A stretch of 60,000 nt of DNA from Botryllus schlosseri. Taxonomy: Eukaryota. The DNA is taken from assembly GCA_051294905.1 (NCBI GenBank), contig CM119371.1, forward strand, positions 18,354,001 to 18,414,000, written 5' to 3'. Position 1 is the first letter of the stretch; each line of letters starts with the position of its first letter. The notes beneath the pieces were generated by a model. That model worked only from the letters and a program-made list of their open reading frames with translations. It was not told the DNA's origin and made no database searches. Shown piece by piece: positions 1-12,190 of the stretch. A program made the position numbers and the translations under genes.

Positions 1-1260
1 ATCTGGAGCCGGAGCCGCAGCTCCACATAGAATTCAGCCGGAGCCGGAGCCGGAGCTGGAGCCAGTTATTAGAGGTTTAGCTCCGGCCCCAACGTATTTC
101 ATAAGATACTCTTATATATATGCAACAACCACATCTGCTGAGTTCAGATAATTCAACAGCAGGCCTTCGCGAAATTACGAATCTTTTCCTCCTTTCCGAC
201 CAACCATGTTCCTTGGGATTTACCAGCAGAGCAGTCATATGTTCGATGTTCAATTTTCATACATGAGTGCAGAACCTCGGTATGCTAAATATGCCTGAGA
301 ATATTGTGGGTATTCGGCATACCCGCAATTTCATCGCATCACAACCTTGATGGCCAATCGTACGGTTCGAAAATAATGATCGCTATGTATTACGCGAATG
401 GGAGAGAGGATAAAAACGCGATTTCGTTGCACATGTAGATGTGACAACCACGGGCCGAGAAATTCCAACTCATCGTTGCTATGAATTGGATGAGCACAAA
501 CTCGTTCTTTCGTGATAGTTCTTTAAAGCGGGCCGCGAAATTGGACAGTGTTATTGTGTATGCAATTATACATGCGAATTGGAATTCATTACTGCGAAGT
601 GCGCATGATCGTCATTCACTACAGTGAGGATTTTCGAATGGAAATAGGGGATGGCAGAAGAGTAGCCCAAAACGCCGGTACACTCAGCAAAGAATTGTCG
701 CGGTGCGAACTAATCAATGCGATGTCAAGACCCCATGGTGTTTTATGTTGGAGACAAATTATCGCGCACTGTGACTTGTAAATGTGCCTTGTGCAATGTG
801 CTTACTGCATAGTTTAATTCGTTATGGGTATGGCGCAATGTGCATGGCGCAGTGTCTAATTCGATTATCCGATTCGTGTAAACGAGAAAATATTATATTC
901 GGATAAACTTGATCGACACCGGATGGACTGGTAACGAGTGCACCAGTACTGAACGTCAAACCATTGACCATTTGAACAATTTGGTACATATCGAATTCCT
1001 ATTCATGATGTCGTGATATCCCCCCATATTGCTCTTACTACATCTACAGTTGAATAATATAATCGCACATTTAAAGATTGAATTGAGCTGTATGGCTTAA
1101 TGTTAACGAGTGCAGTGCCAGTGCTAAAACGCCCAATCAGAATGCCGTACACAGCAATGACATGGAGTAAAGTGCGTTCTAGTGCAACTATGATGCTATC
1201 GACAATTGTCAAGTATTCATTATGACGTTACCAGCCGGCCATGCGACACCCACGCCAGGC
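1..1260 (+). mobile_element. Longer copy of the GGAGCC-repeat hAT-like element (family D), 5' end cut by the window edge
   Basis: 1-160 matches 36365-36490, and 1160-1230 matches 36530-36590. Confidence 0.6.
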
Positions 1261-1304
1261 GCGTAAAATTGTCGAAGTTAATATTATTCTCACTTCGGTA
1301 TATT

Positions 1305-1599
1305 GTGCTCATGATGCATCCTCTCGCATGATGTCTATAACTCATTCATTGAAAAAATCATGCCCGACCCAAGAACAATTTTATTCAAATATTTGAAAAT
1401 GTGATTTTTTCCGCGTCAAGCGTGAATAGTAAATTGCATTTCCACGATGTGCATGGAATGCATGTCTGCATGGTCCTGTCAAATAACGCCTATACTTCGA
1501 AATTATTCATTGAATATCCCTATTATTGATGCTGCGGCCCGCGGCGTCATCAAAAACTAGGAAATTGGCCCGCGAGCACATTTGAGTTTGAGACCTCTG
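1305..1599 (+). mobile_element. 3' part of a Charlie/Buster-like MITE
   Basis: Near-identical to 30355-30658; ends in ...gagtttgagacctctg. Confidence 0.65.
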
Positions 1600-4500
1600 A
1601 TCTAGATGGTGGTCCAGGAACCTCGAGCCCTGAGTAGTATTTAGCATTTTCCGTGCGTTGCAGCCTTGCTCATCGTTACTTCGATTAGGTCAGGGGTGGC
1701 CAACTTGCGATCGTCAATATATGTGCAATTTGAATTTACAAATTACTTACAAAATCTTTGAGGGATTCTAATTCAACATAACACTTTTCTTCACGCTTAG
1801 CGCGATTCAGGGTGACTTAGATTTTTCGTTTTTAATATAATAATATGTCCTTGCAATCGAGGCTTGATCGCGTACAAATGCAAACCGGAGGGGAAAACGA
1901 TGCGTCTGATAAAAATACTAAGTCGGAATTGTGTGCCTCACACGAATGAAGGTTTTTCACACACATTTGGGCGACTCGCTTGACTCATACCGACAATCCT
2001 AATGGTAGGTCAAGATCTAACGACATGCAACAAAGTGATCAATAAAAACCGAAAGATGAGTCAACAATAATATTGCGGCCGAATTTTTCGAAGACACTCC
2101 TTCCATCAGCTGTATTGATTAATCTGAATACGTTGGCTGAGAATGAATAATATTTTAATAGGAATATAGGAAACTACCAACACTATATCGACGGCGAAGA
2201 CGTGCGATCGAGGGAGACAGGTGAGGCACTGCCCAAAGTCCAACCTGTCGCCAGTGAGTAAAGAAAATTGTGAAAACCTTCAATTTTATTATTGATATTT
2301 ACCGTCGATGGTTATGAATAAATCAGTTGGATTCTTTTTCATCGAATAGCAACCAAATTTCTTATTTATTGCTAAATATACGCGAAAGGAGAGGTGATGA
2401 GGCACACCTACGACAATGCAATTCATCATAAACAGCTCAGAATTTGGATTAACTGGTATCTATCATATGCTATTGTCGCCGATTCCGAACATCCTATTAT
2501 TAACCATCTAAGAGCACTGGAACCCCTCACAATCGCCAAGGAATGGGACATTCGGCATAAATTTTGTAAAATGGCACCGCACAAAAGCCTGGTAAGGCAC
2601 AATCGAATCTCCCTCACTAACTATTCGCTAACAATTGTACAATCGCAGCACAGTAAAACGCGCTATCGATTTCGGAAACCGACAGTGTTGCATGAATTGC
2701 ATAGCAGCGATGGCCAATACGTAATGAGGAGCACATACATTCCTATGCTGATGTAGCTGTTCTGTAATTTCCATCCATAGCTACATTAAATTTTGGTATG
2801 TGATAGAAACTTACATAGCCTGCGTTGTGGCCTTTATGGTGTTTTCGATTGCAAAAACTATTCACAGCAGGTCGATATTTTATGTTTGATTCCATATCTA
2901 CCAACTTGTATCACGGCCCACTTATAGGTCTTTGTAAGACCCGATTACATGGTACTGATGGCGAGGAGTAGCCAATAGCCTGCCTGTGATGATGACTGAT
3001 GCGTTAAGAAACAGAACGCCAACACACTCAGTTAACCTTGTACGTTTTATATATTAGTGAATCCTAATCCATATATATCTGCATCGCCGATCACAATCAT
3101 GAATCTAACCCTGAATGATGCCTTCAACCAAGTTTGATGTTAGTGAGTGACATATTCAGTTTTCCTGATACAGTGTCCATTTAAATCTTGTAAACATGGA
3201 GATTGGACGAGCGATGGGTTATAATTAAGGAATATAAAACCAAAATTAGGATCTTCAATAATACATTTTGATGTTTTTCGTTTCATCCTTTTCGTTCAGC
3301 AATCTGTATTAAATAACTGTATTTCATTGAAAGAAAAAAATTAAATATGTATTGTAGAGTGTTGAATTGTAACGGCTGACAGGTTGCAAAAAAAAACGCT
3401 CTCGCCATTGCGCTTTCTCTTGCTGTTGTTATTCACATATTTGTGTCTATTTAATTAATTATCAGTTACTTTGAACGTGTTTGTGTGAGTGTATATTGGG
3501 GGCTCAGTGCCTCACCAGCCATGAACCTCACAGCACGTCACTGATCGACTAAATTCATTCAAAAGGCTGAATGACAACATTTTTACGCTCCGCGCGACTG
3601 GAAACCTTATCTCAATAATTTTTCCTGATATTTATACTCGAAATTTTGATGCATGCATAGTAAGTATGCGGCCCAAGTATTTGTCCTCCCGTTTGGCTAT
3701 GACGTCTCTCCGTTGGAATACGCCTGTTATGCTATATGAATGCAACCGAAGTGTGTCTTAATACGCCGGAATCGGTGTATTATATGGTCAGGGGTGCAGG
3801 AAAGAGGTTGAAGAGAACTGATCTAGTTTCATACATATGCATTATGTACGAAACATAATGGGCAACTTGAATAGACTCCGTATAATCACGGTTCACTCGG
3901 AAAAGATATCGGTACTTAAGGAACACACAATAATACCTACGCTAGCTTGTGACTCAACTCAACACCGTTAACAACGCTGAACAGCAGTCTGAAGGGACAG
4001 TCAGGCAGCAATTTAATATCGAAACCGTCACGAATGCCACTATCGCACAAGACACACTACGTCAAGTCCGCAAACAGATTTCAGTTGGTTTCACATATTG
4101 CCTTCCGCCTGTCTGTATAGGTTAAACTAGCAAGCTACCCTACATCTCCATGAGCAATTGAGCAATGAGCAATTGAGCATTCGTCGTCAATGCTAATCAT
4201 GTTTGTAGAAGGTGGAAAACGACGCACGATATAGCTTTAGGGCAAACCAGACATACAACCAAGCGGTATGGCGAGATCGTCATGTCTGCAATTGTAAGCA
4301 AAAGGCAAGACATAGACATTGAGTTCTTGCCATCCATAATACATCATGTTCTAGTCTAGAACACGCTTCGGTAATAACATAGAGTTCTTAACTCGGAAGC
4401 AGGACATCAACGCCATTTAAAAGGATAGTTATAATCTAAGAGATTGAGTATTTAGCCGAGTGCATGTTCGACTGGCCAAGCCCAATCCACTGCCAGTGCC

Positions 4501-4814
4501 CAGTTGCGCACACGGTATGATACAGTAGGGAAATTAAGTGGACTGGGAATCGGTACCAGCAACCCTTTGATGCGCAGAGTGCCAAAATATTGCCAACTGA
4601 CGTGTCAAGCATTGCTAGTTTTGTCATATTTAATTATAGTTATCGATTGAAGCAAAATTTATTTGCGATAAGATCTATCTTCTGTGGTTGCTTTTGGTCG
4701 TTTCCAACCTCAATGTTCGCGCGGTAACATAGCAAATAGGTGAATATAAGCCTGGTGTAAATGACCATGACCATAGTAGTCGAAAAACACCGTGAATACC
4801 ACAAACATACAAAC

Positions 4815-5172
4815 TTTGGTAGGAATTCTGGAGTCGACCTCGGTCGGACTCGAACCCGCCAACCATTGGCGTTGCACTTGTGGATTATACCACCATAGTG
4901 TCCTATGGTGTCGACTTTTCTTGCACTCTCTGTTCCACGAATCAGTTTCTCTCTCGCTTCCATGCGCCTTCCTTCATTGGATCATTGCTGCCGACTTTCA
5001 AGCTCTGCTCACCGTACTTTCAGGGCTTTTTAAGTCACTGCGATCGCAGTGAGGTCGGCGATTATGAGCCCAGATAAACCTCCGACACATAGAAACTTGG
5101 TAGAGCCGAGACTCGAACCAACAAATCATCGCTCGTGAAAGTTATCCAAATATAGCCAAGCGCTGCCTCCCA
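4815..5172 (-). mobile_element. Two degenerate tRNA-derived SINE heads
   Basis: B-box-like GGTTCGAGTCC (~4846-4860) and GGTTCGAGTCT (~5109-5119) on the minus strand. The second is followed by GGAGGTTTATCTGGGCTC, a motif also seen near 38045 and 52470. Confidence 0.5.
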
Positions 5173-5365
5173 CTTGACAAAATCAAGAATATGTGTAAGC
5201 ATAGTTCTAATCCACGATTAGCCTACATATCTAAGTATGTAGACATATGCTATTTGCCTACTCCCTAAATTACAACCTTTTATTAGTAGTGTGAGAGTGT
5301 GTGTGTGCTTTGTCATCATTATAGCGTGTGATGAGAAAATTAGTACATCTCTGTAATACTTACTG

Positions 5366-6182
5366 CAGTGGTTCTAAACCTTTTCGTCTTCGCGGACCCC
5401 TTTCGGATCGTCACGGATACCCGCGAACCCCCTCCGGAGTTTTATTTCAAATTTAGCTCAATTATCATGCAATCGTCATCTTTCATGTACAAATGATAAC
5501 CGTAGGCTTAGTGATAAACAGCACCAAAATGGGTTTTCTTCAAAATAAGATGGTATACTATTCATGTATAAATTGAGTTGACTAATATTTCAAAGCGAAT
5601 TCTGCAACTGCATTTCTTGAAATGCGTGGTCGTGTCTTGAGAATTCACCCGTCGTTGATATGAACGAGTGCCGAAAATCCATTTCCGCAAATATAGTTGG
5701 TGGCGAATGTAATAATAACGCGTAACACTTCCAACGACACATTTGGGTATGATCGCAACAAATTTGGCACCAAAATTGACAACCAAATTTCTTTAATGAA
5801 CATAAAACGTCAAGCCTGGTCATTCTATCTTGCAGCTTATCTTATGGAAAAAGTTACTGTGTATATCAGAGGAGAAAATGGATTAATGTTAACATTTCAT
5901 AGCAATCGTGATAAACCTTACCATACAACTTTTTTCCACAATCCGCAACAAAACATCTCTAAACAGCAGCAATATGTTTGCGTCAGTAGGCTATTGGCAA
6001 TTTAGCAATCAAAATGAGTCTGCACAATAACATATTTCATCTCAGATGGCCATTCCTTGATGTGAGCTCTGGAGTTTTACTAGCAATGAAGTGAAACTGC
6101 CTTGTGAATTTCCGAATTTAAAAAATACAAATTGGGTTATCATCTATTTTGAGGTTTCGCGGACATCGGTTGAGAACCACTG
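5366..6182. mobile_element. Non-autonomous hAT (Buster/Charlie-type), family E
   Basis: TIRs cagtggttct..aac / gttgagaaccactg; perfect TSD acttactg; second copy at ~10586-12560. Confidence 0.88.
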
Positions 6183-6286
6183 ACTTACTGACTCATACAC
6201 AAGAGCCAGGGCTACAGAGTCGGTAAATTTTAACGCCGGCTCCTGACATTTTAAATATACTGACAATTCCGATCATGGCTCGCGAG

Positions 6287-6701
6287 TAGAGCTGGGCACA
6301 ATGATTCGAGTACTCGTAGATAATTTATTACCGAGAATGATAGTTTCGATGCTATTTTCCACTGTGGAAGCCTTGGAACCTTGATTCGCCGTATCGCTAC
6401 ATACGGAACATGGTATAAAGCTACGAAATAATACATTTCCGAGTTCATAATCATCCAACAGCATTATCAAAAAGGCAATGAAATGGGTATGGCCGAAAAC
6501 ATACCAAAGTATATACCTTTAATATGATGGGAAATAAGCAGGCATTATATTCTTTGTTGTGGCATAAAAGGTGCATATTTGAACTTTGACATATTACAGT
6601 CTGTTATGACGTCACAATTAGGTATACTCGAATACTCGACTCGAAGCATAATACGTGATTCAGACTAGAATCACTCAAGTATTCGATTTTGCCATGCCCT
6701 A
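6287..6701. mobile_element. hAT MITE, family G (TAGGGCTGGGCA termini)
   Basis: TIRs; TSD ctcgcgag/cacgcgag (7/8 match); homologous to 41433-41931. Confidence 0.8.
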
Positions 6702-7806
6702 CACGCGAGTCTTCAAGCGCATCTACTCCGACTCAGGTTAAGGCAATTTTCCTCACAGAACTCCGACTCCAACAGTAGGCCTACCACAAATTGACATCGA
6801 AAATTATATGCCGTAGTGACGGTTAAATGACTTTTGTATAACCAAACATACGCAAGCATATTATTCAAGATGACATGCAAAATTGTTTCGCTCGAAATAT
6901 TCACTGTGCAATTAACATATGGAAATATTCATTAGAAACATACTTCCTTTTTCATGTGTAATAAGTTTTTATGAACATAGACAAGCCACTGATATTCTAA
7001 TATGTGTAAATCATTGTATATCCCATTCTGTATAATACAAATGTGGATATAAACAATAGCGTGAGTCAGCAACGAATACAGAGATGTACAAGTACATACC
7101 ATGTTATTATACTGTTAAGAAGCACACACTCTCGCTACTGATGACGAAGGTTGGAAATTAGGACGTAGTCAAGTAGCATTTGTCTGTGACTACAAGACGT
7201 ACTTACTGGCCTATTACTGATTTGTTCGACCCATTCGGCGCGTCACTGACTAGAAATATTTTTGATTTTTTTTTCAAATGGGAAGAAGCGTTTGGTTATA
7301 TTTGTATCCACTTTTCCAATGATGTTGTCACTTACAAAACCAGATGATGTATTTACTCTTTCACAGTATCATGTACAATTCCAAAAATCTCACAAATTTG
7401 TGATCGCATCAGTAATTTTGTGTTGGTCACGACTCACGAAGATACATCTTGCAACTTTTTTCCTCTATGCAACTGACTGGTAATTTGCAAATAATGTCCA
7501 ATTTCATCAATATCGTAATGCAGGACCGTAACTGCCGCACCCTAAACCCCCCATTTGGGGAAAAGGGACGAGCTCGAAGGGGGCCCAAAATTATTTCGTG
7601 AATTAACATAAATCATATAATATTCCTTCGGAAATTCAAGCAACTTTTACAATTTTGTTTTAGCGCTTTGCGCAATGTAATGTTTCCAAATATAGATCAT
7701 TGGGTATCATTCCTCCAGCAAAAAATAGCAATGATTCATAGAAATGGGCACGTCGGCGTCGGCCATTACCGCGCCACGACGCACCGAGACATATTAAGTT
7801 ATAGGC

Positions 7807-8619
7807 CAGGGGTGGGCAGACCTGCTTCATGCGCGTGCCGCACATCAAAAATCTTTGCTTTAAAAGAGTCAGAACAAAGAAAGTCAAAAATACGAATTTA
7901 TTAGGTCACAATGAAAAGTAGGCTATCAAATGTATAGCCTATTATTATGTGGTGATGCCTGGGCTGTGATGTGTTTAAAAATCAGGCTGATATGACGACA
8001 AAGCAGTTCCTTCAAGCGTTTGCTGATGGTAAGGTAGATTTCAACTAGGCAATCTTGTTACTCCATAAATCTGTCCTCGTCGGGCAAAGTTTTGGTGTTT
8101 GGTTTCGTAATGACGTTTCAAGTTACTGTTCTATTTTCCTGTTGATACTTCCTTTACCTGCAATTATCGCACGAGGATATTTTCTGGGTCAAACTCTGCA
8201 GTTATTGCTAGCCTTTACAATACAAATGGAATAGCCGTATTATTCACAATTGCTGGTCCGGAAATCATGCATGACCTGCGCTGGCGTGCTTGATTATGCT
8301 CATTGTTGAACAAAATGATTTATCATTTGATTGATGACCAGGCAGCATTGTTGCGGGTAAAATGTTTATGTGCACTCCATTCGAGAGTTCAATTGCTGAG
8401 ATCTAACGTTGTAGTGCCACTACCCCTAAATTACAAGTCTTGCGTAAACCATTGAAAAACCATATTGTTAATACGTGAGAGAATGCATCAATTTTATAAT
8501 CAGGTTAAACCTCTCCAGCAAATGGTGAAACGCATGTGCATTGTGTAATAATCAAAGAGCCGTAATCAAACGCTCAAGGAGCCACATGCGGCTCGCGAGC
8601 AGCGGTTTGCCCAACTCTG
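7807..8619. mobile_element. Non-autonomous hAT (Buster-type)
   Basis: TIRs caggggtgggca / tgcccaactctg; perfect TSD ttataggc. Confidence 0.85.
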
Positions 8620-9392
8620 TTATAGGCCGGCATGTAATGCGACCCCGAGAAGTGTGCCCGAACGATCACAAGCATTAAGAGACCTTGGCCGAATAGGATT
8701 GCCCTTGAGCTGACCGATAACTTAGACATGCATTTATGTTTAATTGTCCATTGGCGACTGAATAGCTGGCGCCGAAGGTTCCAGCCCTGGCGATCAGAGC
8801 CGCACAAGACAAACGCCATCCCTCAGCGAACAATAATTGTCAGTAAAAAATACCAATTCGAAATCGAGTACGTCTTTTAGTTCAGTATGTTTGGACGATT
8901 TCAAAATCTTTTGACATAGCAGAGGTTACGGAATAGCATCGTGTAACGATCGAAGTCATTCCACCAACGGGTACGCCCGAAGATGTCTAATTATTATTTA
9001 GCGGTCCTACGTGCTTTTCCAACACACCTCTCTCAGCTCTAGCGGTAAATCTGGTTACGTGAGCAGAGAGAGGATAAGAATTGATATCAATATATATATG
9101 CAATTCCCGATCACGTTGACCGATTTAATCATGTATTATATAAATTTTTCGGGCATGGCGCGTTTAGACGGTACAAGCTCGCCCACTAAACGGACACGAA
9201 ATGTAGATGATAAGTAGCGGCGAAAACCCTATAGCCTGAGAGGGGTCTGGCGGATGAAACCCCCAATAAGTTCGGTTTATCACGCTACGGAGTCCCCAAG
9301 ACCAACGCTTGGGAGGGGGCTGACGAAGTGCCGTTACGGTTGACAGCGATTGTTAGTAGCCTACATACAACTCCTATTTTATTTATTATTAG

Positions 9393-10290
9393 TAGGGATG
9401 GTGTGAACGTGAGGTTCACGTTCGCGTTCTGTGTGTGAACCGCGGGAAATTTGAGGTTCGCGTTCACAACAGAACCTTGGTAGGTTCTGCACTGTGAATC
9501 TTTTTTATATATTGCAATTTCCACTTCATTATAACATCTTTGGTTCAAATTTATTGACTTTCAACTGCGGGCCACTCTATGCATGGAGCTGGCAGCATAA
9601 ACATTCAACACTAAACGAGCATGCCCTTGACAATCTCAAAAAATTTACTTGTATTGTTAGAAAAGTTTGCTCGAAATATCCAGCTTTCCGTTTGTGCATA
9701 TTTAGTGTATCTGTGCTGTGAGCTTGACCCGCAATCACAAGACATCAAGAGCGAAATACACTGTATTTTGTCTGCAGATGATGCGTATTCAACCAATCAA
9801 TGAGATTGATATCATTTGATATCATATCGTCTTCTGATGTAAAAATCTAGCAGGCGTACGGGGTCAATCTTGACTACATATGTATAGATTGTATACTGTA
9901 TCAAAAAACCAAATCCGTGCGACTGGGGTGTTGGCCATACTGCTGTATAACTTGTTAATGGCGTAATATCGGTAGCAAGTATAGAAACCCATCATACACT
10001 CTGCTCAATATCCATGTGGCAATACTCAGACGCAGAGTACATTGTCCGATCAGGTCGAAATTGTTGGCAAAGCGACGCAAGATACTGATTTTATGGGATT
10101 ATTATATCATTTGATTGCCTCAGTTGATACATTTGGCGACGTTTAAAACGTCATTATGTGGCCCCGGGTTGAAATTAGCCATATGACATCACGTGACGTC
10201 ATGAGGTTCACGTTCGTGTTCACACAGAACCTTTCAAAAAGGTTCACGTTCACACGAACCTGAACCTTTCAGAGGTTCACACCATCCCTA
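9393..10290. mobile_element. Non-autonomous hAT (Ac-type) with GGTTCACG subterminal repeats
   Basis: Perfect TIR tagggatggtgtgaac / gttcacaccatcccta; perfect TSD attattag. Confidence 0.9.
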
Positions 10291-10835
10291 ATTATTAGTA
10301 ATTTGAAGAGACTTTTGAAAGCACTGTATTCGTAATAAAGAGCTTGGAGCCGGAGTAGATATTATTTTAACAAACTCCGACCTCGATTCCAGCCCGTATT
10401 TTTTCGCGACTACGACTTCAAGGCGTGCTAAACATTTTAGAGACTCCGACTCTATTAAGGGAAAGATTAGCAAAACACCGACTCTACAGCCCTGACAAGA
10501 GCTAAACCTCCATTGTTTTTATCTACATTTTAATTATACAGAATGGATATATATTATATGTTTGAATGATTCAATCATATTAGAGCAGTGTTTCTCAACC
10601 TTTTTATCTTTGCGGACCCCTTTTGGACCCTCACGGACCCCTCAAGTTTTCGTTCAAAATTAACCCAATTATCGTGCAACCGTCATCTGTTTTGTGCAAA
10701 TATTAACTGTAGGCTTATGAGAAACAGCCACAAATGACTTTTCGTGAAGATAACATTATGCTATATGTAGAAATTGGGTAGACTTTTAATATTTCGAAAA
10801 TCTTTTTGCAGCTGTATTTATTGTCTTGAAAATCC

Positions 10836-11147
10836 CTGTCTTCGATTTGATGTGAACGAGTGCAGAAAATATTTCCGTAAAGATATAGGTGCTGAGACGA
10901 ATGTAGGCCGATCAACGCGTAACGCTTCAGACGACACCTTAGGATATGATAGGGTTGCCATACGTCCGGGATTTCCCGGAATTTCACCGTTCTGTCTTCG
11001 ATTTGATATGAGCGAGTGCAGAAAATATTTCCGTAAAGATATAGGTGCTGAGACGAATGTAGGCCGATCAACGCGTAACGCTTCAGACGACACCTTAGGA
11101 TATGATAGGGTTGCCATACGTCCGGAATTTCACCGAATTTCACCGTT
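10836..11147. repeat. 156-bp tandem duplication (2 copies)
   Basis: ctgtcttcgatttga... recurs at 10836 and 10992; a 52-aa repeat appears in the ORF track. Confidence 0.9.
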
Positions 11148-12190
11148 CAAACCTGCGTCCGGGACTCGGGAGGAATTTCTAAAATATGCCTAAACATTTG
11201 ACGTAGACTAATAATTTTTTCGTAAATCAACATAATAACATTACTTTGGGAATATTTATGCTACATGATATTTTTCGTCGCGCTGCGCGCGATTTACTAT
11301 CACATTTATTGATTTTAATATGGGGACTATCACCCTCGCAAATGCAATAAAATGTGAACAAAAGTAACCTTCATTTACTGAAATAAGCCTAATTGTAATC
11401 GAAATTATAGGAGAACGGTATATTGCTAGAGATGGTTAAGGCTGTTTAAATGCTTTATTCAAACATAGCGGTTCCAAATGTGAGGGTCGTTTGCCTTCAT
11501 TCTGGGGTTCATAATGATGTTAAACGTAATCAGCTTACAAGATAGCCCGCGAGTAAGTCTGGGAAAAGGTCGTGACTTCTTGTATCGTCAAATTTTGATC
11601 TGGGCCACGGAACATTTTCAAATGGGAGATGTATTCGCGGCCATAAAAGGTTGGAAACCACTGCATGTGGGGTGTTTATGAAGTTCCGTGTTACCCACCG
11701 GCATAAGGCTGATCCGCAATCTTATCGGTATGACATGAACATGACTTAACGAGGTACAAGTGTACGCTCCCTGTATTTTCGAAGCCATTATCCTCCACCA
11801 GCTCTACCGCTAGCTCTCAGCATGTTGGAGGAGAAAGGATCGAACTAATACGGAAGAACCAATATTATTGACAGAACTCATTCAAAAAATTCAACGACCA
11901 GATGCATATGGCAACCCTCTCCAGTAGTTGCATCGATTATACCCTATGGTGGGCCCAAAATGATTGTTCATTTGGGCGTTAAGGGGCTGGAAAAATGTGG
12001 TTTCGGTCCCGGTTACACAACACACAGCCACATACTCCTGAACCGGATCGTGACCATCTCTGGTCTATAAGTAAAGCTTTGCTAGTGTGACGTCATATTG
12101 ATAGACAATGTGCTCATAACTCATTTTGAAATCCACTAGTGGGCGCTAAAGAGTGTCCGGAATTTGGGTCAGAGAAATATGGTAACTCTA
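11106..12190. mobile_element. hAT element, family F (TAGGGTTGCCA termini)
   Basis: TIRs tagggttgccata / tatggtaactcta; TSD ggatatga on both sides. The right end recurs inverted at ~57964-58085. Confidence 0.8.

Larger units (their letters stand above)
6207..10494. mobile_element. Composite hAT element enlarged by nested insertions
   Basis: TIRs cagggctacagagtcgg / ccgactctacagccctg; perfect TSD acaagagc (6199-6206 and 10495-10502). Confidence 0.85.

Noticed and set aside
10715..11193. Three overlapping ORFs with 52-aa repeats
   Set aside because: These are a by-product of a 156-bp duplication in transposon sequence.
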